From a virus (Duplodnaviria; Heunggongvirae; Uroviricota; Caudoviricetes): a DNA stretch of 64,000 nucleotides. Under the pieces are notes generated by a model. It saw only the letters and a program-made list of their open reading frames with translations. It ran no database searches and was not told the DNA's origin. A program made the translations under genes and the position numbers. Of this stretch, positions 16,738 to 24,253 are shown piece by piece (position 1 is the first letter of the stretch; each line of letters starts with the position of its first letter). Where the stretch lies: IMG/VR virus record IMGVR_UViG_3300031227_011131. One strand, 5' to 3'.

Positions 16738-17817
16738 TTGGTTATAGTTGGCTTGCAAGTATGGGGTGTAGTTATGAGAAATCGCAAGATGTTCCCGACT
16801 GAATTGTCTTATTTTGTAATTGGTCGTGGGGATTATTCGGACAAGTATTTTGTACGTACCCGTGACATTTTGCTTGCCGAAAACAGACATTCTAATGTGT
16901 TGATGCAAGTTTTTGGTCGGCGTGAGGGTATTGTATGCGGTATTGACGAGGCTATTGATGTTTTGCGGTGTTGTTGTTTGAATGATTCGGGCAAGCAATT
17001 AGCAATAAAGGCACTTCGGGATGGGGACTCTATTGAGAATAAAGAAGTTGTCATGACCATTGAAGGCGACTTTTCTACTTTTGCTCATCTTGAGACGGTT
17101 TATTTAGGCATTCTTGCTCGGAGTACATCCGTTGCCACAAATGTTAAAGAGGTTGTGGATGCGGCATGCGGGTTGCCGGTTATGTTTTTTCCGGCTCGAT
17201 TTGATCATTGGCGCATTCAACAGGGTGATGGTTATGCGGCTCATATTGCGGGGGCGGCATCGGCGTCAACAGATGCAAATGCAGAATGGTATGGTGGCGA
17301 AGGAATGGGAACTATCCCTCATGCTTTGATTGCTTCTTACGGCGGTAATACGGTAGAGGCTTGCAAGGCATTTGACCGCAACATGCCGAAAGAAATTAAG
17401 CGTATCGCTCTTGTGGATTTTGAGAACAATTGTGTAAAAACATCACTTGAGGTTGCAGTGGCTCTTGACAAGCGGCTATATGCTGTTAGACTTGACACAT
17501 CGGGCAACATGGTTGATGTTTCTGTCAAGTCAGGTGAGACAGGTGTATGCCAGGAGCTTGTGTGCAATGTTAGGAAAGCTCTTGACGATAACAAGTTTCC
17601 GTGGGTCAAGATTATCGTTAGCGGAGGATTCAATGTAGAGAAAGTAACAGAGTTTCTTAATGCGAAAGTTCCGGTTGATGGTTTTGGTGTAGGTTCGACG
17701 TTTTACAAGAAGAAGACCGATTTCACGGCTGATATTGTGTTGCTTGATGGTAATTCTTGCGCAAAGGTAGGTCGTGGGATTTGGGATCATTCACGGTTGG
17801 AGTTGGTTGAGACATGA
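16738..17817 (+). CDS. type II phosphoribosyltransferase of the nicotinate/nicotinamide PRTase family (NadV/PncB-like)
   Basis: GMGTIPHAL, RLDTSGN and VSGGFN correspond to conserved type II PRTase blocks. Confidence 0.55.
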   Translation: MVIVGLQVWGVVMRNRKMFPTELSYFVIGRGDYSDKYFVRTRDILLAENRHSNVLMQVFGRREGIVCGIDEAIDVLRCCCLNDSGKQLAIKALRDGDSIENKEVVMTIEGDFSTFAHLETVYLGILARSTSVATNVKEVVDAACGLPVMFFPARFDHWRIQQGDGYAAHIAGAASASTDANAEWYGGEGMGTIPHALIASYGGNTVEACKAFDRNMPKEIKRIALVDFENNCVKTSLEVAVALDKRLYAVRLDTSGNMVDVSVKSGETGVCQELVCNVRKALDDNKFPWVKIIVSGGFNVEKVTEFLNAKVPVDGFGVGSTFYKKKTDFTADIVLLDGNSCAKVGRGIWDHSRLELVET

Positions 17818-17889
17818 GAACGGGCAAGGAAAATAAAGAAAAGTTCACAAATTCTCCATCTGAAGGTGATATATGGATGGAGGAAATAG

Positions 17890-18042
17890 AAATGACAAAA
17901 AGAAGAAGAGCAAAGAAGGTCGGGAGGCCCGCAATTTTGGGCGTTCGGAAGTCTGTCCCTCCGAAGGGCGGGCCGATGCGGGACAAGAAGGCTTATAAGA
18001 GAAAGGATAAGAGGAACGACAGGCTAATGGATAGAGAGTATT
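17890..18042 (+). CDS. small, highly basic protein (51 aa)
   Basis: MTKRRRAKKVGRP...KRKDKRNDR. RBS GGAGG is 5 nt upstream. Preceded by GGTGATATATG. Confidence 0.3.
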
Positions 18043-18110
18043 GATGAAACGCATATCAATGGTCAAATAATCGTTTTTATGGCTTATCGTATGAGGAAGC
18101 CAATTTAGAT

Positions 18111-18323
18111 TTGGATGTGCATTGTGGTTTGATTTGGAGCAACAAGGAGTGTTATTTGCGACCTGCCTATTGGGATTATTCTCATTCGGGAGATTTGAGT
18201 GATATTAGTTCTTATTGCATTTCGGGATTGTCGGGCTGTGTGTTTCACAATGTAGAGCAGCTTGTTGGTCATATCAAGCATGCAATAAAGGAGGCACACC
18301 AGCGACAAATGCAAGCATATTGA
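18111..18323 (+). CDS. hypothetical Cys/His-rich small protein
   Basis: 70 aa ORF. Confidence 0.25.
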   Translation: MDVHCGLIWSNKECYLRPAYWDYSHSGDLSDISSYCISGLSGCVFHNVEQLVGHIKHAIKEAHQRQMQAY

Positions 18324-18383
18324 CAAAAATATCTCTGTTATGGGCTATAATAGGCACGTATTGTTTTTCAGAGAGGAATTGGC

Positions 18384-18719
18384 ATGGTCAAGTTTATGAC
18401 GGATAGACTGGCTTATCGCATTTACAAGGTTCTGATAGATTACTGTGGAGTGGATGATGGCGAGCAGAGCATTGTATCATTTGTCAGTTCTTTGGTGGGC
18501 GGTGTTCAACGATACAAGTTGGGCGGATTGTGTGGTGGTTTGGGAGTGTTGTATAACAGTGGAACACAATTGCGCATTGCTGTTGAGGGTGTAGACCGGA
18601 CGCCGGAGATAGCGGACATGGTTGAGGTAACAAGTCATCGAATCACTTGTGTGTATAAGGAAGAAATGAAGAAGTTCTCAAAGCGAGCAAAGATATTGCA
18701 ACAAAATGCCGTGGACTAA
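18384..18719 (+). CDS. hypothetical protein
   Basis: 111 aa ORF. Confidence 0.3.
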   Translation: MVKFMTDRLAYRIYKVLIDYCGVDDGEQSIVSFVSSLVGGVQRYKLGGLCGGLGVLYNSGTQLRIAVEGVDRTPEIADMVEVTSHRITCVYKEEMKKFSKRAKILQQNAVD

Positions 18720-18825
18720 GAAAACACGACATGGTTCAGAATGCCCGCTCGGTAAGTTCAAGACAGACATATCGGTGCCCTGTTGATATGATTTAGGACG
18801 ATTACGTTGAGGAGAATTTTGGATA

Positions 18826-19836
18826 ATGAGCGTTGATTTAACGAACATTAGTCAAGAGGTAATTGGCAAGGTTAGGGCTTCTATTGTCGCTGTCTATCAG
18901 GTGGTTCCTGTCAAATGGGACGAATCCAATTCAACTCTTACTGTTGCGGTGGGACCAGCCACTACAGACATTGATGATTTGAAATTCGTTTTGAATTGTA
19001 ATGTGGAGCTTGTTTTGGCTGTAAAGGCCGACTTAGAAGCAGCTATTGCCAAGTACTATGGATTTGGGTTAAAGATGGAGACACACACAGAACACATTGC
19101 GGATTGGATTGCTGGCTACGTTGAAGACGTGGGGGCTAAAGGTGTCGTAATCGGTTTGAGTGGTGGTGTTGATTCGTCTGTCGTGGCAGCATTGAGTGTG
19201 AATGCACTTGGAGCGAACAGAGTCGCTGGCTTGTTTATGCCCTGCGATTCAAGTTATCAGGACGCAACGGACGCGAGACATTTGGCAAAATGGCTTGGTG
19301 TTGGCTTCAATACCGTTTATTTGCGGAGCACGTACAATTCAGTGATGGTTAATTTGTTTGTCGGTCAAAGTCAAATTGCTCAGGCCAATGTCAAATCACG
19401 TCTGCGCATGATATCGTTGTATGCGTATGCGGGCCAGCTTGACTATTTAGTTGTTGGCACAACAAACAAGTCAGAAATGGCAATAGGTTATTTTACAAAG
19501 TGGGGAGACGGTGGTGTTGACATAGAACCAATCGCTTCATACTACAAGACGGACATTTACAAAATGGCTGAGGTGCTTGGTATTGCTGAGGCATTTCCAA
19601 GCATTGTAACGAAGCCACCTTCTGCGGGTTTATGGGATGGTCAAACGGATGAAGGCGAAATTGGCGTAACATACAAAGTGCTTGACAAGTATTTGAAGTG
19701 TTGTGAAGACTCTGTTTGTTCAGTTTCTTTGGCTGAAGAAATAGGTCGAGACATGTTATCCAAGATACAGGGTTTGATTTCTCGGACGGCACACAAACGC
19801 AAGATGCCACCTGTGTGCGACCGTCTTACGGACTAA
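18826..19836 (+). CDS. nadE: NH3-dependent NAD+ synthetase
   Basis: PP-loop GLSGGVDSSVVAAL. Length and downstream blocks match NadE. Confidence 0.8.
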   Translation: MSVDLTNISQEVIGKVRASIVAVYQVVPVKWDESNSTLTVAVGPATTDIDDLKFVLNCNVELVLAVKADLEAAIAKYYGFGLKMETHTEHIADWIAGYVEDVGAKGVVIGLSGGVDSSVVAALSVNALGANRVAGLFMPCDSSYQDATDARHLAKWLGVGFNTVYLRSTYNSVMVNLFVGQSQIAQANVKSRLRMISLYAYAGQLDYLVVGTTNKSEMAIGYFTKWGDGGVDIEPIASYYKTDIYKMAEVLGIAEAFPSIVTKPPSAGLWDGQTDEGEIGVTYKVLDKYLKCCEDSVCSVSLAEEIGRDMLSKIQGLISRTAHKRKMPPVCDRLTD

Positions 19837-20036
19837 AGGGCAGGCAATATGAAAGTCGCGTGGCAATGTGGAATTTGTAGGCTGGATGATTCAGGACAGT
19901 TGGAAAGACTCTGGTAGTTTGGAGTAATTTCATTACAAGGTTCTCCTCGCAAGGAAACCCCGCCCTTTGTGGGTGGGGTAGTTGACATTGATTCCAGTAG
20001 AACAGTGGCACAATACACATCAAGGAGGATATTAAA

Positions 20037-20561
20037 ATGGAAAAACGCACGTCTTGCTATTTAGAAGTCAAGGCTATGGCTCTTGATAAAGCTTTGGACT
20101 TTTTTCTTGCTGACATAGGCAGCACTATCAAAGCAGGGGCTATTGAGCGGCGTATGGTTTTCTTAGCCCAGATTGAGTTTTGGGATTGGGAGATGAGTGA
20201 GTTGATTTACTCATTTGTGTCTTTTGCTGAGCGTGCTGAGTTATGGGATGATTGGGCAAAGCTTAAGGATCATTTACTCAAGATGGGAGTCTGTCTAAGT
20301 GTTCGCAATACAAAGAATACAGATTGGCACAAGAAGTGGGAGAAATGGCAGGAACAAAGGGGATACAGTAGAAAGATTACGAAGGTAGAACCGCCTTTCC
20401 CATTGCTTGAGAAGATTATCGAGAAGTGGAATATGATACTTGATGATTGTGAGAAATCCATCATTCGGCGCGGTTCACAGGAGGCTGTTGAAAAATGGGG
20501 TGTTCAAATAATAGGCTTGGACAAGTATATAAAGAAGATTCCCTCAACTGAAGCTACTTGA
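20037..20561 (+). CDS. hypothetical protein
   Basis: 174 aa ORF. Confidence 0.35.
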   Translation: MEKRTSCYLEVKAMALDKALDFFLADIGSTIKAGAIERRMVFLAQIEFWDWEMSELIYSFVSFAERAELWDDWAKLKDHLLKMGVCLSVRNTKNTDWHKKWEKWQEQRGYSRKITKVEPPFPLLEKIIEKWNMILDDCEKSIIRRGSQEAVEKWGVQIIGLDKYIKKIPSTEAT

Positions 20562-20592
20562 TTATGGTTTTTGCGATATACAAGGGTGAATT

Positions 20593-21395
20593 TTGAAGCG
20601 TCCTTTTTTTACTCGTTTGGGCGGCAAAAGTCGTTTACGCAAAACGATTCTACGTGCGTTGCCATCTGAGTGTGGGCTTTATTGTGAGCCATTTGTAGGT
20701 GCTGGCTGGGTATTTATGGCTTATGAAGGTGCTGTAAAGTATGTGATTTCCGACATGGATTCACAGGTAACTGACATGTGGAATGTTCTCAGAAGTGTTC
20801 CTATTGAACGATTTAAGGCCGCTGTGTTTGATTTCAAGCGTTCTGATAGGTTTTATCGCAACAAGGCAAATACAAATCAGGGCAATGGAAGAGCAGAGAA
20901 GAATTACTCTATTTGTATCGCTATTTACAGTATTATGGAGTTTTAGGAGATTACGAAACTCCTATATCTCGCGATTCTGATTTATCGAAGAAAGAGGTTT
21001 AGCCTCTTGAACATTATCATCCTGTTCATGAGGAATTGAATAGTCGAGATTTGACAATCATAAATGGCGATTATCAAGATGTTATTGACGCCTATGATAC
21101 TACACGGACGGTATTCTATTTTGACCCGCCGTGGATAGACAACATCTGTCAGGATAGATATGGTGGTTGTCACATTAGTTATTCTGATATTGTGCAATGG
21201 ATGAAAAGGTTGAAAGGTTTTGTTTTGATGACTTGCAATCCTGCATCGCTTGCGGGATTAGATATGTCGAATCTATTTTGGGCTAAGGTCAATCAGAAGT
21301 ACGGCTCATGCAATTTCGTAAAATGTTCTGGTGGCAGGCGAGTATTAGCTAGTAAAATAGTGATGGTGTCCAATAGAGAATTGGGCACATTTTGA
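20593..21395 (+). pseudogene. dam: Dam-family N6-adenine DNA methyltransferase, disrupted: N-terminal ORF 20593-20946 and C-terminal ORF 21036-21395 lie in different frames
   Basis: The N-terminal part has RLGGKSRL and motif I EPFVGAGWVF. The C-terminal part has the DPPW (DPPY) motif IV. Three frames are used between about 20880 and 21040. Confidence 0.5.
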
Positions 21396-21424
21396 CACTT
21401 TTTTTTGGCACTTTTCCAAACTCA

Positions 21425-21435
21425 GGTGATATAAT
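21425..21435 (+). promoter_or_regulatory. extended -10-like promoter GGTGATATAAT
   Basis: 38 nt upstream of the ATG at 21474. Confidence 0.45.
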
Positions 21436-21473
21436 ACTATTAGTTGGATTATGCGTAAGAAGGAGACAACAAG

Positions 21474-22013
21474 ATGAGACAAGTTCTACTATTGAACAAC
21501 GGGGGCGAAGTGCTCGATGTTGTTCCGTGGTCAAGAGCTATCTCTCTTGAGTGCCGGGGCAAGGTCAGGATTCAGGCGCTTTATGATGATGTTGAAATCC
21601 GGTCAGGACAAGGTTCGTGGCAACTGCCAAGTATCATAATGTTGAACCGCTACATTAACATTCCTTTTGAGAAGCGTGTTTCCGTCAACAAGAGAAATCT
21701 TTCGCTGCGAGACAATTTCACCTGTCAGTACTGTGGCGAACTTTTGACGTTAGGGTCAGCCACGATTGACCATATTATTCCCGTTAGTAGGGGCGGCAAG
21801 ACAACATGGCGTAATGTTACTTTGTCTTGTAAGAAGTGCAATAATCGCAAGGATAATAGGACTCCTCAAGAGGCCAAGATGCACTTGCGGCGTAAGCCGT
21901 TTACGCCTACGCGAGAGCTTTTCTTTTTGGCTTACGTTCGGAAGCCAGGGTATGAATCTTGGAGACCTTTCTTCAAAAAGTCCATTCGTAGGCGTGAGGT
22001 CGGGCAGAACTAA
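21474..22013 (+). CDS. HNH endonuclease
   Basis: CQYCG ... IDHIIPVSRGGKTTWRNVTLSCKKCNNRK. Confidence 0.7.
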   Translation: MRQVLLLNNGGEVLDVVPWSRAISLECRGKVRIQALYDDVEIRSGQGSWQLPSIIMLNRYINIPFEKRVSVNKRNLSLRDNFTCQYCGELLTLGSATIDHIIPVSRGGKTTWRNVTLSCKKCNNRKDNRTPQEAKMHLRRKPFTPTRELFFLAYVRKPGYESWRPFFKKSIRRREVGQN

Positions 22014-22047
22014 ATTGTCCACATTTTTGAGAATCAGATTTGTTAGC

Positions 22048-22119
22048 GCTGGCGTGGCTCAACGGTAGAGCACCTCTTTCGTAAAGAGGAGGTCGTGGGT
22101 TCGACTCCCACCGTCAGCT
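22048..22119 (+). tRNA. tRNA-Thr (anticodon CGU)
   Basis: Acceptor GCTGGCG/CGTCAGC, D-arm GCTC-AACGGTA-GAGC, anticodon arm CCTCT-TTCGTAA-AGAGG, T-arm GTGGG-TTCGACT-CCCAC. Confidence 0.7.
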
Positions 22120-22163
22120 TGTTTTCAGGTTTTTGATGTTGTGATAATAGCAAGGGGCATACG

Positions 22164-22526
22164 ATGTATATTATTGGCAATGTGGTTTATGGTATTTCGT
22201 TGACGGAAGAGGTTGGCAAGGCTGCTGAAGAATGGAGGCCGGATGGCCTTGGTGTCTTGGCCAAAAAGGGCATCGTGACAACGCTGTATAGTGGTGCTGT
22301 TTGGCACACTGTTGGCTATTGTGGGATTTGCTTGGGGCGTTTCGATGAGTGCGATGGGGATGTTCTTATCAAGGCCGACGAGGGCGAAATGGAAGAGCTT
22401 TTCAGGTTTATCGTGACCGACGAACAACGAGCAAAAGCATCAGAAAAGATCGCCAAGTTGCCGGATGAAATTAAAGCAGTGATGCCAAAGGTTGGAATCC
22501 ATTTTGTGTTTTCAACTTCGTGTTGA
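22164..22526 (+). CDS. hypothetical protein
   Basis: 120 aa ORF. Confidence 0.35.
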   Translation: MYIIGNVVYGISLTEEVGKAAEEWRPDGLGVLAKKGIVTTLYSGAVWHTVGYCGICLGRFDECDGDVLIKADEGEMEELFRFIVTDEQRAKASEKIAKLPDEIKAVMPKVGIHFVFSTSC

Positions 22527-22544
22527 CGTTTTTTCAGAAATTGA

Positions 22545-22622
22545 GGAAAGGTGGCCGAAGGAGCACGTCTGGAAAGCGTATAGACGACGAAAGTTTCGTG
22601 GGTTTAAATCTCACTCTTTCCG
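22545..22622 (+). other. tRNA-like element (acceptor GGAAAGG/TCTTTCC, T-arm GTGGG-TTTAAAT-CTCAC) with an unresolved D and anticodon region
   Basis: Correct overall length (78 nt) and terminal arms. The only clean internal stem, CGTCT/AGACG, encloses an 11 nt loop. Confidence 0.35.
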
Positions 22623-22813
22623 TCAGCAAGGTATTTTCGAGAAGGGATTGCTGGACGGTGAACTTATTGACGATTTGTGGTTTTGCGGTATAAAAGTCAA
22701 ATCCATCTTGACTACAAATACGGTTATCCGAACGCCTGAACATTTGCTGTTACTCAGAGGCGTCATAGAAAACTGCGAAAAAGTGACGATTTTTGAGAAA
22801 CTTTTTGAGCTAT

Positions 22814-22824
22814 GGTGATATAAA
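22814..22824 (+). promoter_or_regulatory. -10-like GGTGATATAAA, followed by direct repeats CGGTATAACTGC x2
   Basis: Upstream of the ORF at 22907. Repeats run 22858-22895. Confidence 0.35.
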
Positions 22825-22906
22825 GGTGGTTGATAAAAGAGTTTTGAGTGGAGATTGTCGGTATAACTGCCGGTATAACTGCCGGCACAACTGAAGGAGA
22901 GAAATA

Positions 22907-23101
22907 ATGAACAAGCAACAGATGAGTGACCTTGAAGACCGCGTGGTTTTCTGGCGACACAATCAGCAAGCAAATGAGGAGGCGAAGGCACTGCTGGAGC
23001 AGGTCTTGGGTAGCGAGTCGGGGACGGACATTCTCGTAAAGCTTGTTGAGCGTTTGGCTCTTGTCTCCAAAGAGGTAGAGCGTGATGGAGCAGCTCTTTA
23101 A
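22907..23101 (+). CDS. hypothetical protein
   Basis: 64 aa ORF with an RBS. Confidence 0.35.
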   Translation: MNKQQMSDLEDRVVFWRHNQQANEEAKALLEQVLGSESGTDILVKLVERLALVSKEVERDGAAL

Positions 23102-23110
23102 TTGACAACT

Positions 23111-23138
23111 CCGGCGCCCCGAAGGGCGCCGGATTTCT
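23111..23138 (+). terminator. rho-independent terminator
   Basis: CCGGCGCCC-CGAA-GGGCGCCGG hairpin followed by ATTTCT. Confidence 0.55.
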
Positions 23139-23317
23139 CAACATCGAATTCTCTGTTGGGGTCAATTTTTTGACAATGTGATAAGGAAAAGTGACGTTGT
23201 GGAAGAAGGCGTGACTTGTGTAGAGCTAATTGGTTGTCTTTTGGCTAGTGACATCATAGAAGGGAGCAGTAATGGATAACGGGAAGTAACTTGGCAAAGA
23301 TGAGGTAATGGTTTCTT

Positions 23318-23418
23318 CTAAGAGTCAACGCAAGAAGGAGAAGGACAAGAAGAAACGAAAAATGGGAAGGGCTTCTCTTGCTTTCAATAGAAAACGAGCA
23401 CGTCAGAAGAAGAAATAG
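23318..23418 (+). CDS. small, highly basic peptide (about 33 aa)
   Basis: MVSSKSQRKKEKDKKKRKMGRASLAFNRKRARQKKK. Sits just before the second tRNA-Ser copy. Confidence 0.25.
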
Positions 23419-23434
23419 AGAATTGGATAGGTGG

Positions 23435-23518
23435 CTGAGTTTGGTCTAAGGCTCTGGTTTCGAAAATCAGTAGGCGGTGTCAAACACTGTCTCGTGGGTT
23501 CAAATCCCACCCTATCCG
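23435..23518 (+). tRNA. tRNA-Ser (anticodon CGA), second copy
   Basis: Identical to 11921-12014 except for 1 nt (GCCGAG vs GCTGAG). The duplication extends a few nt on each side. Confidence 0.65.
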
Positions 23519-23822
23519 CCAATGGAACAATGACGAATCCTGAATTAAGATAATGCCCCGCTCTTGGTATTTACATCAGAACCGCTTAGAATTCTGCCAG
23601 ACGCACATTCTCGCCTTACTAAATGTCTTGTCTTATTGACGAGTTTTGCAAACTTGTCTATTTGTACGTCGAATTTTGTCACAATTTTCTTATAGTTGGC
23701 CTTATGGGGTAGGGTTGGCCCGATTCACGTGAGAGTTGGGTCTGGATATTTAGCTATATTTTTTTGATATTTGCATCTTAGTGAGGGGATAGCAATGCGC
23801 ATTAGATTTTGAAAAGGGGATT

Positions 23823-24221
23823 TTGATAGTGAACAGGAAAAGGTTAGCGAAGGAATTTGTTGAAGTTGCAAAGTTGTTATTAGCTACGGATGAGATTGAC
23901 GAAGAACAGGATTACATTACGCTTGACGAGATGGAGAATATATGTGCATCTTGTGCCGAGAAGATGCGCGAATCAGGCATTGAGAGAGTAAGCAAATCAA
24001 TTTTAGAAGGCAATGAGAAGGAAGCGGCGAAATGGGAAGGTCCGTATCCCAAGGGTTGGACTAAAGAAAGTCTCAAGAAGTATTGGAACACATTAGTTGG
24101 CGATTTGAAACACAAAGTTAGCGCCTGTATGCGACGCATGGAGGGGAAGGTAAGTGACCCAGGGGGTTTTTGCGCTGCATTAGCAGACCGTGTTGATCCA
24201 GGTTGGCGTTCGCGTGTTTAA
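23823..24221 (+). CDS. hypothetical protein with N-terminal NRKRLAKEFVEVAKLL module
   Basis: 132 aa ORF. Confidence 0.4.
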   Translation: MIVNRKRLAKEFVEVAKLLLATDEIDEEQDYITLDEMENICASCAEKMRESGIERVSKSILEGNEKEAAKWEGPYPKGWTKESLKKYWNTLVGDLKHKVSACMRRMEGKVSDPGGFCAALADRVDPGWRSRV

Positions 24222-24253
24222 TATCGTGAAACTCGTAAAAAGTTAGAGGCAAG

